NCBI GenBank assembly: GCA_023264975.1
Contig: JAHFUS010000005.1
Location: forward strand, 10,771-74,770
Direction: 5' to 3'
Origin: Actinomycetes bacterium
GTDB lineage: Bacteria > Actinomycetota > Acidimicrobiia > Acidimicrobiales > GCA-2861595
Length of the DNA: 64,000 bases
Part shown: piece after piece, positions 41,101 to 50,179 of the stretch
Layout of the letters: each line of letters starts with the position of its first letter
How positions within the stretch are numbered: the first letter of the stretch is position 1
The notes under the pieces: generated by a model
The model's database searches: none
What the model was told of the DNA's origin: nothing
Seen by the model: only the letters and a program-made list of their open reading frames with translations
Position numbers and translations under genes: made by a program

Positions 41101-41211
41101 ACGGCATCCGACGGCGGGATCTTTGCCTTCGGCGGCGCCGCATTCTTCGGCTCGACCGGCGCCATCAAGCTGGCCCGGCCGGTCGTCGGCGTCGGCGTCG
41201 CCCGTCCCTGA
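38170..41211 (+). CDS. secreted S8/S53-like serine protease with Calx-beta-type domain and C-terminal repeats
   Basis: Signal-like [84 protein letters not shown]; Calx-beta-like segment; six [13 protein letters not shown] repeats. Start uncertain. Confidence 0.88.
   Translation: [1013 protein letters not shown]
40455..41208 (+). repeat. six tandem 126-bp (42-aa) in-frame coding repeats
   Basis: [42 protein letters not shown]-type units, last copy slightly truncated. Confidence 0.95.
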
Positions 41212-41296
41212 GAGCGCGTCTGCCGGTCGTCAGCGGAGCCCCTGGAGGACAGCCGGAGTCCACACCGTCGATGCGTCGACCACGTCGGCATCCTCC

Positions 41297-42184
41297 CTAC
41301 GTGTTGTCGTACCGGTAGAAGCCGCGCCCGGTCTTGCGGCCGAGCAGCCCGCCGTCCACCATCCGCGACAGCAGCGGGGGCACGGCGTAGAGGGGCTCTT
41401 TGAACTCGTCGTAGAGGGATTGGGCGGCCGCCCTGGTGACGTCGAGGCCGATGAAGTCGGCCAGGGCCAGCGGGCCCATGGGGTGGTTGCACCCGAGCGT
41501 CATGCCGGCGTCCACGTCCTCCGCGGTGGCGAAGCCCGTCTCCACCATGCGGATGGCGGAGACCAAGTAGGGGATGAGGAGTGCGTTGACCACGAAGCCG
41601 GCCCGGTCCTTGGAGATGATCACCCGCTTGTGGAGGACCCCCTCGGCGAACGACTGGGCGGCGAGGACGGCCCCGTCGCTGGTGAGCAGCGACGGGACCA
41701 GCTCCACCAGCTTCAGCACCGGCACGGGGCTGAAGAAGTGCAGCCCGAGGACCTGCTGCGGGCGATCGGTTGCCATGGCCAGGCGCATGATCGGGATGGC
41801 CGACGTGTTGGTGGCCAGCACCGCGTCGTGTGCCGTCACGACCTTGTCGAGGGTGGCGAACACCTCGACCTTGGCCGGCTCGTACTCGGTGACGGCCTCG
41901 ATGACGAGCTGGCGGTCGGCCATTTCCCCGAGGTCCGTGGTGTACCGCAGGCGGGCAACGGCGCCGGCGTGGTCCTCCTCCGAGAGCTTCTGGCGGGCCA
42001 GCCCCTTTCGGAGTGACCCCTCGATGCGGCGGCGGCCGGCGCCCATGGCGTCGGCGTCGACCTCGCGGACGACCACGTCGACACCTGCTTTGGCGCACAC
42101 CTCGGCGATGCCCGAGCCCATGAGGCCGCAGCCCACGACGCCAACGCGCTCGATCGACGTGGTGGTGACCGACGCCGGTGTCAC
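41297..42184 (-). CDS. 3-hydroxybutyryl-CoA / 3-hydroxyacyl-CoA dehydrogenase
   Basis: IERVGVVGCGLMGSGIAEVCAKAGVDVVVRE...LATNTSAIPI...GLHFFSPVPVLKLVELVP...DRAGFVVNALLIPYL. Confidence 0.93.
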   Translation of the reverse strand: MTPASVTTTSIERVGVVGCGLMGSGIAEVCAKAGVDVVVREVDADAMGAGRRRIEGSLRKGLARQKLSEEDHAGAVARLRYTTDLGEMADRQLVIEAVTEYEPAKVEVFATLDKVVTAHDAVLATNTSAIPIMRLAMATDRPQQVLGLHFFSPVPVLKLVELVPSLLTSDGAVLAAQSFAEGVLHKRVIISKDRAGFVVNALLIPYLVSAIRMVETGFATAEDVDAGMTLGCNHPMGPLALADFIGLDVTRAAAQSLYDEFKEPLYAVPPLLSRMVDGGLLGRKTGRGFYRYDNT

Positions 42185-42249
42185 TGATGCACCATCCCTT
42201 CGTGATGTCGCACCAGCGAGTTGCTTGATGGACCGTCCTCCCGGGCCGG

Positions 42250-44961
42250 TCATGCCAGGCGCGACTCGACCGCTTCGGGATCGAGATCGTACCGGGCGAT
42301 GGCGGCGGCGACCTCCTCGGGGTCGGCCGCTCCGGTGGCGGCCAGCCGGGCGAGGACGGCGACCACCAGGTGGGGGGCGTCGGTCTCGAAGTGGCGCCGC
42401 AGGGCGGGACGCGTGTCCGAGCGCCCGTATCCGTCGGTGCCGAGGGTGGTGAGGCCACCGGGGATCCACCCGGCCACCTGGTCGGGGACGGCCTTCATGA
42501 AGTCGGTGATGGCCACCACCGGCCCCTGTGCGGCCGACAGCGCCTCGGACACGTAGGGGCTGCGGGGGGCGTCTGTGGGGTGCAGCCGGTTCCACCGGGT
42601 TGCGGTCAGGGCGTCCTCCCGCAGCGCCTTGTACGACGTCGCGCTCCACAGCTCCGCAGCCACGTCGTGGTCCTCGGCCAGCAGTTCCCGGGCCTCGCGG
42701 GCCGCGCCCTGGGCGGTGCCGCTGAACAGGATGGTCGCCCGCCGCTCCGGTCCCTCCGGTGCCTCGGCGAATTGGTACAGCCCGCGCAGGATGCCGGCGG
42801 TGGCGCCCTCCGGCATGGGGGGCATCGGGTAGTTCTCGTTGTAGAGGGTGAGGTAGTAGAAGACGTCCTCGGGCTCGTCGCCGCACATGCGGGCGATGCC
42901 GTCCTGCACGATGGTGGCCACCTCGTAGGCGAAGGCCGGGTCATAGGCGGCCAGGTTCGGCACGGTGGCGGCCAGGACCAGGCTGTGGCCGTCCTGGTGC
43001 TGGAGCCCTTCGCCGTTCAGGGTCGTGCGGCCGGCGGTGGCGCCCAGAAGGAAGCCACGTCCCCGGAGGTCGCCGAAGGCCCAGATGAGGTCGCCCACCC
43101 GCTGGAACCCGAACATGGAATAGAAGATGTAGAAGGGGATCATGGGCTCGCCCCACGTGGCGTAGCTGGTGCCCGCCGCTGCGAACGACGCCATGGCGCC
43201 CGCCTCGTTGATCCCCTCCTCCAGGATCTGCCCCTGCTTGCTCTCGCGGTACGACAGCTGCATGCCGGAGTCGACCGGCTCGTAACGCTGTCCCGACGGG
43301 GCATAGATCTTCACCTCGTTGAACAGCGGGTCGAGCCCGAAGGTGCGGGCCTCGTCGGGGACGATGGGCACTACCCGCCTACCGATCGTCCTGTCCCGAA
43401 GGAGCGACCGGAGGAGGCCGGCGAAGGCCATGGTGGTGGATACCGACCGGTTGCCCGACCCACCCACAAGGTCGGCGAAGGCGGTCGCGTCCGGCTGGCC
43501 GGACGGGTTCGGGCGCACGACCCGCTTGGGCAAGAACCCTCCGAGCGCGCGGCGGCGCTCGTGCAGGTATGCCTCCTCCGGCGAGCCCTTGGGCAGGCAG
43601 ACATAGGGCGGAAGGTCGCCGGCCAGGGCGTCGTCGGGGACGAGGTCGCCCAGGTTCAGCCGTTGGCACAGCTCGGACAGCTGCGCTCGGGCCATCTTCT
43701 TGATCTGATGGGCCGAGTTGCGGCTCTCGATGCCGGTGCCGAGGCGTGACCCCTTCAACGTCTTGGCCAGGATCACGGTGGGCGACGACTCGTGGTTCGC
43801 CGCCGCGTGGAACGCCGCATAGAGCTTGGCCCGATCGTGGCCGCCGCGGGGGAGGGTGAACACGGGGTCGTCGTCCGGCAGGTGCGCCACCATGCGGGCC
43901 AGGCGGGGGTCGGAGCCGAAGAACCGCTCCCGCACATAGGCGGCCCCTTCGACGGCGTACTTCTGGTACTCGCCGTCGAGGGTGGCGTTCAGCTTATCCA
44001 GCAGGACGCCCTCGACGTCGGCCGCCAGCAGGTCGCTCCAGCGCGAGCCCCACACCACCTTGGCCACGTTCCAGCCTGCGCCCCGGAACACGGCTTCGAG
44101 CTCCTGGATGATCTTGCCGTTGCCCCGCACCGGCCCGTCGAGGCGCTGGAGGTTGCAGTTGACGACGAAGATCAGGTTGTCGAGGTGCTCACGGGCGGCG
44201 ATGGACAGCGCGCCGAGGGTCTCGGGCTCGTCGCATTCGCCGTCGCCGATGAAGCACCACACCCTTGAGGCGCTGGTGTCGACGATGCCGCGGTCCGCCA
44301 GGTACCGGTTGAAGCGGGCCTGGTAAATGGCCGAGATCGGGCCCAGCCCCATCGAGACGGTGGGGAACTCCCAGAAGTCCTTCATGAGCCGGGGGTGGGG
44401 ATAGCTCGACAGGCCGGCGCCGCCGATCTCGCGCCTGAAGTGGTCGAGCTGGTCCTCGCTGAGGCGCCCCTCCAGGAACGCCCGGGCGTAGATGCCCGGC
44501 GAGGCATGGCCCTGGAAGAAGACCTGATCCCCTGGCGTGTCGCCGTCCTTGCCCCTGAAGAAGTGGTTGAAGCCCATCTCGTAGAGGCAGGTGGCCGAGG
44601 CGGGGGTGGAAAGGTGGCCGCCGATGCCCTCGCTCTGGGCGTTGGCGCGGATCACCATGGCCGCCGCGTTCCAGCGCACCATGCCCTCGATGCGCCGCTC
44701 CAGGGCGACGTCGCCCGGGTAGGCGGGCTCGTTGGCGGGCGGGATGCTGTTGACGTACGGGCTGGCGACCGTGGCCGGGAAGCCGACGTCGTTCTCGTTG
44801 GCCCAGTGCAGCAGCCGGCTCAGCACCAGGCGGGCACCGCCGGCGCCGTGGGCGTCCACGACTGCACCGAGCGAGTCGGCCCACTCCTCGGTGAGCCCGG
44901 CGTCGGCCTCGGGGAGCTGATCGGCGTACCCGCCGTTCAGCTGCAAGCGTGTACCGGTCAC
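42250..44961 (-). CDS. aceE: pyruvate dehydrogenase E1 component, homodimeric type
   Basis: 903 aa; GHASPGIYARAFLEGRLSEDQLDHFRREI, SMGLGPISAIYQARFNRYLADRGI, WCFIGDGECDEPETLGALSIAAREHLDNLIFVVNCNLQRLDGPVRGNGKIIQELE. Confidence 0.95.
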   Translation of the reverse strand: MTGTRLQLNGGYADQLPEADAGLTEEWADSLGAVVDAHGAGGARLVLSRLLHWANENDVGFPATVASPYVNSIPPANEPAYPGDVALERRIEGMVRWNAAAMVIRANAQSEGIGGHLSTPASATCLYEMGFNHFFRGKDGDTPGDQVFFQGHASPGIYARAFLEGRLSEDQLDHFRREIGGAGLSSYPHPRLMKDFWEFPTVSMGLGPISAIYQARFNRYLADRGIVDTSASRVWCFIGDGECDEPETLGALSIAAREHLDNLIFVVNCNLQRLDGPVRGNGKIIQELEAVFRGAGWNVAKVVWGSRWSDLLAADVEGVLLDKLNATLDGEYQKYAVEGAAYVRERFFGSDPRLARMVAHLPDDDPVFTLPRGGHDRAKLYAAFHAAANHESSPTVILAKTLKGSRLGTGIESRNSAHQIKKMARAQLSELCQRLNLGDLVPDDALAGDLPPYVCLPKGSPEEAYLHERRRALGGFLPKRVVRPNPSGQPDATAFADLVGGSGNRSVSTTMAFAGLLRSLLRDRTIGRRVVPIVPDEARTFGLDPLFNEVKIYAPSGQRYEPVDSGMQLSYRESKQGQILEEGINEAGAMASFAAAGTSYATWGEPMIPFYIFYSMFGFQRVGDLIWAFGDLRGRGFLLGATAGRTTLNGEGLQHQDGHSLVLAATVPNLAAYDPAFAYEVATIVQDGIARMCGDEPEDVFYYLTLYNENYPMPPMPEGATAGILRGLYQFAEAPEGPERRATILFSGTAQGAAREARELLAEDHDVAAELWSATSYKALREDALTATRWNRLHPTDAPRSPYVSEALSAAQGPVVAITDFMKAVPDQVAGWIPGGLTTLGTDGYGRSDTRPALRRHFETDAPHLVVAVLARLAATGAADPEEVAAAIARYDLDPEAVESRLA

Positions 44962-45025
44962 TTTCGCACCATCCCTTCGTGATGGCGCACGTGTGCGTTT
45001 CCGGCAGGCCGACCTCGCCGGCCGT

Positions 45026-46210
45026 TCATGAGCTACCCACCTTCACGAGCACTGCCTCGCCCTGGCCGCCGCCGCCGCACAGGGCAGCGGCGCCCAGCCC
45101 GCCACCGCGCCGGCGCAGCTCCTCGGCCAGTGTCATGACGACGCGGGTGCCTGACATGCCGATGGGGTGCCCGAGGGCGATGGCCCCGCCGTTGACGTTC
45201 ACGATGTGGCCGGTGATGCCGAGGTCGGTCATGCTGGCCGCGCTGACGGCCGCGAACGCCTCGTTGATCTCGAACAGGTCGACGTCGGCCGTCGCCCTGC
45301 CCGTCTTCTCCAGGGCGCGCAGGATTGCCCGGCTGGGCTGGGTGAGGAGCGACGGATCGGGCCCGGACACGATCCCGAAGCCGACAAGCTCGGCCGGGTG
45401 TGTGAGGCCCAGCTCGGCCGCCTTGGCCGCGCTGACCACGACCACGGCGGCGGCGCCATCGGAGATCTGCGAGGCGTTGCCGGCCGTGACCGTGCCGTCC
45501 TTGGCGAAGGCGGGCTTGAGCCGGGCCAGCGCGGCCACTGTGGTGTCGGGGCGCACCCCTTCGTCGGTGTCCATCACCAGAGGGTCGCCCCGCTGGGAGA
45601 CGCTGACGGACACGATCTCGGAGGCCAGCCTTCCGTCCTTGATGGCCGCGGCCGCCCGCTCGTGGCTCTTGGCCGCCAGCTCGTCCTGGGCGGTCCGGGA
45701 GATGGACGCTGCCTTCACGTACGCATCGGTGCCGGCACCCATGTGCACGTCGTCGAACGAGCACCACAGGCCGTCGTGCACCAGTGCGTCGACGGCCGTG
45801 ACGTCGCCGAGTCGGAAGCCGGCGCGGGCGCCGGGCAGCAGGTAGGGCGCCCTGCTCATCGACTCCATGCCGCCCGCCACCACGATGTCGGCATCGCCTG
45901 AGCGGATCATCTGGTCGGCCACGTAGATGGCGTGCAACCCGGAGAGGCACACGTTGTTGACGGTCACGGCGGGGACGCCCATGGGAATGCCGCCCCTGGC
46001 CGCCGCTTGGCGAGCCGGGTTCTGGCCCTGGCCGGCCTGCAGGACCTGGCCCATGACGACCTGGTCGACCTGTCCGGGGTCGATGCCGGCGCGGGCCAGG
46101 GCGGCGGCGATGGCGAGACCGCCCAACTCCACGGCCGGGAGGGATGAAAGCGCTCCACCGAGCTTGCCGATGGGCGTGCGGGCGGACCCGGCGAGAAAGG
46201 ATCCCTGCAT
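45026..46210 (-). CDS. acetyl-CoA C-acetyltransferase (thiolase)
   Basis: ARTPIGKLGGALSSLPAVELGG...VNNVCLSGLHAIYVADQMIRSG...NVNGGAIALGHPIGMSGTRVV...GLGAAALCGGGGQGEAVLV. Confidence 0.95.
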   Translation of the reverse strand: MQGSFLAGSARTPIGKLGGALSSLPAVELGGLAIAAALARAGIDPGQVDQVVMGQVLQAGQGQNPARQAAARGGIPMGVPAVTVNNVCLSGLHAIYVADQMIRSGDADIVVAGGMESMSRAPYLLPGARAGFRLGDVTAVDALVHDGLWCSFDDVHMGAGTDAYVKAASISRTAQDELAAKSHERAAAAIKDGRLASEIVSVSVSQRGDPLVMDTDEGVRPDTTVAALARLKPAFAKDGTVTAGNASQISDGAAAVVVVSAAKAAELGLTHPAELVGFGIVSGPDPSLLTQPSRAILRALEKTGRATADVDLFEINEAFAAVSAASMTDLGITGHIVNVNGGAIALGHPIGMSGTRVVMTLAEELRRRGGGLGAAALCGGGGQGEAVLVKVGSS

Positions 46211-46248
46211 GTTTTCGCTCCTCATTCTAGGGGAAGTCGTGCGTGAGA

Positions 46249-47130
46249 TCAGCGCCTGGCCGGGTACTCGTAGAAGCCCTGGCCGGTCTTGCGGCCCAGT
46301 TGCTCCGCCGTCACCATGCGCTTGAGCAGCGGGGCCGGTGCGAAGCACGCCTCGGGGCGGTCGGCGTGCAGGGCGTCGAGTATCGCCACGCTGGTGTCGA
46401 GGCCGATGAGGTCGAGCAGTTCCAGCGGCCCCATCGGGAACCCGCAGCCACCCTTCATGGCGGCGTCGATGTCCTCCTTGGACGCGGTCTCGGCGTCGAG
46501 CATCTTGACGGCGCCATTGAGGTACGGGAACAGCAGGGCATTGACGATGAAGCCGGCGTTGTCCTTCACCATCACGGTGTCCTTGCCGCAGTCCTCGGCG
46601 AACCGGCGTGCGGTGTCGACGGTGACGGGGTCGGTGGTGACGGCGGGCACGATCTCCACCAGCGGCATCCTCGGGGCGGGGTTGAAGAAGTGGAGGCCGA
46701 CGACCCGGTCGGGCCGGCCGGTGGCCATGGCCACGTCGGACACCGCCAGCGTGGAGGTGTTGGTGGCGAGGATGGTCTCGTCCGAGCAGACCCGGTCGAG
46801 CTCCTGGAACACGCGGCGCTTGACCTCGAGGTCCTCGACGACGGACTCGAGGACGAGCCCGCAACTGCCGAGTTCTTCGATGTCGGTGGTCGTCCGCATC
46901 CGGCCGATGGCGGCGTCGCGGTCCTCGGCCGAGAGCATGCCCTTCTCGACCTGAGAGCTCAGGGACTTCAGGACCCTTCCCATGGCCGCATCGGCGCTTG
47001 ACTGCTGGCGGCTCCGCAGGGTCACGTCGAAGCCGGCCAGTGCGGCCACTTCCGCGATCCCCGAGCCCATGATCCCGGACCCTGCGACGCCTACCGACGT
47101 GAGGCCTTCTGTCTTCGTTGCGGTCGTCAT
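46249..47130 (-). CDS. 3-hydroxybutyryl-CoA dehydrogenase (second paralog)
   Basis: TSVGVAGSGIMGSGIAEVAALAGFDVTLRSR...LATNTSTLAVSDVAMATGRPDRVVGLHFFNPAPRMPLVEIV...KTGQGFYEYPARR. Confidence 0.94.
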   Translation of the reverse strand: MTTATKTEGLTSVGVAGSGIMGSGIAEVAALAGFDVTLRSRQQSSADAAMGRVLKSLSSQVEKGMLSAEDRDAAIGRMRTTTDIEELGSCGLVLESVVEDLEVKRRVFQELDRVCSDETILATNTSTLAVSDVAMATGRPDRVVGLHFFNPAPRMPLVEIVPAVTTDPVTVDTARRFAEDCGKDTVMVKDNAGFIVNALLFPYLNGAVKMLDAETASKEDIDAAMKGGCGFPMGPLELLDLIGLDTSVAILDALHADRPEACFAPAPLLKRMVTAEQLGRKTGQGFYEYPARR

Positions 47131-47171
47131 TGTGGAGGTATCTCCTTGATCGGTGTTCTCGAAGGCGGACG

Positions 47172-48839
47172 TCACCCGTGGACGTACGTACCTGGCGCAT
47201 CGCAGAGCACGGGGTGCTCGGCACTGCCCATCTCGGGCGGTTTTCGCCGTCGTCCGGCCCGGTCGGCCAGCCACGTCACCCAGTCCTCCCACCACGAGCC
47301 TTCGTGCTCGACGGCCCCTGCCAACCAGAGCTCGGGGTCCTTGGGAAGGGCTTCGTTGATCCAGTGCAACCGCCGCGGCCCCGGTGGGTTCACGATGCCG
47401 GCGATGTGACCGGCCGAGCTGAGCACGAAGCGGACGGCGGCGTTCTCCAGAAGGCCGGTGGTGGCGTACGACGAGCTCCACGGGGTGATGTGGTCCTCCC
47501 TTGCGCCCAGCACGTAGGTGTCGGCCGTGATGGCGTCGAGGCGGAGCGGCTGTCCGGCCAGTTCCATGGTCCCTCGGGCCAGGCGGTTCTCGACGTAGAA
47601 CGAGCGCAGGTACTGCGAATGGGTGGCGGCCGAGATCCGGGTTGCATCGGAGTTCCACGCCAGGATGTCGAAGGCGGGGGGCGTTTCGCCCATGAGCCAG
47701 TTGGCGGCGACGTAGTTCCAGATGAGGTCGTTGGGTCGTAAAGCGTCGAAGGTGGTGGCCATCTCCCGTCCGTCGAGATAGCCCTGCGCGGCCATGCGCT
47801 CCTCGACCCGCGCCACCGCCCGGGCATCGGTGAAGCAGGCCAGGGGGCCCGGTTCGCTGAAGTCGATCAGCGTGTTCAACAACGTGGTGGAGCGGACCTT
47901 GTCCTTGCCGGCCGCCGCCAGCCACGCTTCGAGCATCACGGCGAGGGTGCCGCCGACGCACAGGCCGGCCAGGTTCACCTGGGGAGCGCCGGTGATCCGG
48001 CGCACGACGTCGACCGCCGTCCCCAGCCCGGTGAGGAGGTAGTCGTCGAGGCCGACTTCCCGCATGGACTCGTCCGGGTTGGTGTAGCTGATGGCGAAGG
48101 TAGTGTGCCCGTGGGCAACGGCCCATTCGACGAAGCTCCGGCCGGGCGCCAGGTCCATGACGTAGTAGCGGTTGATCCACGGCGGACTCAGGAGCAGCGG
48201 GACATCGAACACGGTCCCGGTCGCAGGCTCGTACTGGATGAGCTCGATCAGCTCGTTCCGGAAGACGACCCTGCCCGGCGTGCAGCCCAGGTTGGTGCCG
48301 ACCTCGAAGCCCGATGTGTCGACCTGCCGGGGCCGGCCGTGGTTCTCGGCCACGTCGTCGGCCAGGTTCCGCAGGCCACTCACCACGCTGGCGCCCTTGG
48401 TGTCGACCGCCTTGCGCAGGGCCGTGGGGTTCCCCCACAAGAAGTTGGTGGGCGCCAGCGAGTCCACTACCAGGTCGACGGCGAAGCCGGCCTTGCGTGC
48501 TTCGGGGCCGTGGAGGCCGGCAGCCGCAGGCAGGTCTCGCATGGAGCGGGACCAGGCCAGGTAGGCCTGCCGTTGGGCCAGGAACCACGGGCGCTCTTCC
48601 CATGCGGGGTCGCTGAACCGGCGGTCCTTCGGGGCCGGCGCCAGGCGGGGCTGACCCTTCCAACCGAGGGCGCGTGCGGCCGATTGTGCTCCGGCGGCCG
48701 CCATGCCGGCACCGAGGCGCGTGGCCCACTGCAGGGCCGGTACGGGCCGGGTGGCCATGCGGGCACCCACGTGAACCAGGGCCCGGCCGAACGAGCTGGG
48801 GTCACTGGCGGCGACGGAGGCGCACTTCCCGGGGCTCAT
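47172..48839 (-). CDS. phaC: polyhydroxyalkanoate synthase (PhaC-like)
   Basis: PPWINRYYVMDLAPGRSFVEWAVAHGHTTFAISYTNPDESMR, lipase-like box GLCVGGTLA, SSAGHIAGIVNPPG. Confidence 0.93.
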   Translation of the reverse strand: MSPGKCASVAASDPSSFGRALVHVGARMATRPVPALQWATRLGAGMAAAGAQSAARALGWKGQPRLAPAPKDRRFSDPAWEERPWFLAQRQAYLAWSRSMRDLPAAAGLHGPEARKAGFAVDLVVDSLAPTNFLWGNPTALRKAVDTKGASVVSGLRNLADDVAENHGRPRQVDTSGFEVGTNLGCTPGRVVFRNELIELIQYEPATGTVFDVPLLLSPPWINRYYVMDLAPGRSFVEWAVAHGHTTFAISYTNPDESMREVGLDDYLLTGLGTAVDVVRRITGAPQVNLAGLCVGGTLAVMLEAWLAAAGKDKVRSTTLLNTLIDFSEPGPLACFTDARAVARVEERMAAQGYLDGREMATTFDALRPNDLIWNYVAANWLMGETPPAFDILAWNSDATRISAATHSQYLRSFYVENRLARGTMELAGQPLRLDAITADTYVLGAREDHITPWSSSYATTGLLENAAVRFVLSSAGHIAGIVNPPGPRRLHWINEALPKDPELWLAGAVEHEGSWWEDWVTWLADRAGRRRKPPEMGSAEHPVLCDAPGTYVHG

Positions 48840-49396
48840 GCGCGGGTCCCGCCCGAGCCACCGGGGACATCGACGTAGTAGTGGAACAAGATGTCGGCCA
48901 CGCAGCCCGGCTTGACCTGCCCCTCGACCTCGTAGGTCAGGCGGTAGGTGGTCTGGAAGCCGCCGGCCAGAGTCTTCACGGCCGGGAGCGCGATGAGCGC
49001 ACGCACCCGCGAGCCGACGCGAACGGGTGCCGGGAAGCGCACCCGGTCCGAGCCGTAGTTGAGGATGAGCCCTGCGCCGCGCACGGTGACGACCTCGTAG
49101 AGGAACACAGTCGACAGCGAGAGGGTGAAGTAGCCGTGGGCCACGGTTGTCGCGAAGGGCCCGCTCGCCGAACGCACGGGATCGACATGGATCCACTGCT
49201 CGTCGCCGGTCAGGCGGGCGAAGGTATCGACCTCGTCCTGGGTGATGTGGTGCCATGAACTCTGCCCGAGCGTGTGGCCGGCCCGCGCCGGGAGATCGGC
49301 GATGTCGATGACTGAACTTGTGGTCTGCTCGTTCTGGGGCATGTCCTCCGGTCCGGCGGGGCGGCTGTGCTGCTCCGGCCCGGTCACGTACGGCAC
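48836..49396 (-). CDS. MaoC-like dehydratase / (R)-enoyl-CoA hydratase-like
   Basis: ITQDEVDTFARLTGDEQWIHVDPVRSASGPFATTVAHGYFTLSLSTVFL hydratase-2 motif. Actual start may be internal, near MPQNEQTTSS. Confidence 0.88.
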   Translation of the reverse strand: MPYVTGPEQHSRPAGPEDMPQNEQTTSSVIDIADLPARAGHTLGQSSWHHITQDEVDTFARLTGDEQWIHVDPVRSASGPFATTVAHGYFTLSLSTVFLYEVVTVRGAGLILNYGSDRVRFPAPVRVGSRVRALIALPAVKTLAGGFQTTYRLTYEVEGQVKPGCVADILFHYYVDVPGGSGGTRA

Positions 49397-49655
49397 TGGT
49401 GCGCGTCTCGATGGGTCAAGGGTCCGACTCTGCGACGGCGCCCCATCGCTCCCGTCCTGTTGCCATCATGCGCTACTCGAGTTACGCCCTCGTGGCTTGA
49501 GTACCAAGGGCCCATGACCGTTCTGTGAAAGCCGCCTGAACGCCCGACGCCAACCCCTCGGGGCGTTCGGGATGGCTTCAACTCCCGCGCCTACCCCGCA
49601 CTGCACCGGCCGAAACACAGAAAAGTTTTATTTCTCATACCGAGCATGTGCGTGG

Positions 49656-49667
49656 TATAGTTAACTA
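49656..49667 (+). promoter_or_regulatory. putative -10 (TATAGT) overlapping palindrome TAGTTAACTA upstream of phasin gene
   Basis: AT-rich island aaaagttttatttctcataccgagcatgtgcgtggtatagttaactaacc in a high-GC genome, with gggagg RBS downstream. Confidence 0.5.
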
Positions 49668-49695
49668 ACCAACCGGAACAGAAAGGGAGGCTCAC

Positions 49696-50004
49696 ATGCC
49701 AACCGCGCTTGACGCCACCACCGAGATCCAGCAGAAGTTCCTCGACGGGCTGGAGGCGAGCCAGAAGGCGTTCGTCTCCATCGTGGGCACCTGGGCCGAC
49801 ACCGTGGAGGCAGTCGTCGCCAAGCTGCCCGAGCTGATGTTCACGCAGCCGGTCAAGCCCACAGAAGCAATGGAGAGCCTGTTCGGGTTCACCGAGAAGG
49901 TGCTGGCCGGCCAGAGGGACTTCGCCAGCCAAGTGTTCCAGGCGGCAATGCCGGCCACCAAGGCGCCGGCCACCGCGGCCCGGGCTGCGTCCTCCAAGGC
50001 CTGA
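49696..50004 (+). CDS. phasin-like PHA granule-associated protein
   Basis: 102 aa: MPTALDATTEIQQKFLDGLEASQKAFVSIVGTWADTVEAVVAKLPELMF...GFTEKVLAGQRDFASQVFQAAMPA; between PHA synthase genes. Confidence 0.75.
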   Translation: MPTALDATTEIQQKFLDGLEASQKAFVSIVGTWADTVEAVVAKLPELMFTQPVKPTEAMESLFGFTEKVLAGQRDFASQVFQAAMPATKAPATAARAASSKA

Positions 50005-50062
50005 GCGGGGTCACGCCGCCGGCCGCCCGTCCACGGGCACGTCCGCAAAGTCGGCTACAGGT

Positions 50063-50080
50063 AGGTGGGTCCCCCCACCT
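50063..50080. terminator. short GC-rich hairpin downstream of phasin gene
   Basis: aggtggg-tccc-cccacct; no U-tract, so only tentative. Confidence 0.3.
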
Positions 50081-50179
50081 CGTGGCGGAGGCTGGGGGAT
50101 GGGGCCCCGGCCGGGTAGATAGCATTGCGTTCACGAGGAGTGTGGACACCGAGGGTGCGATGGGTGGTCGGCGGCGGGA

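Noticed and set aside
49538-49568. gaacgccc...gggcgttc inverted repeat near the phasin promoter
   Set aside because: Only 8-bp arms with a 15-nt spacer in GC-rich DNA; not distinctive enough to call.
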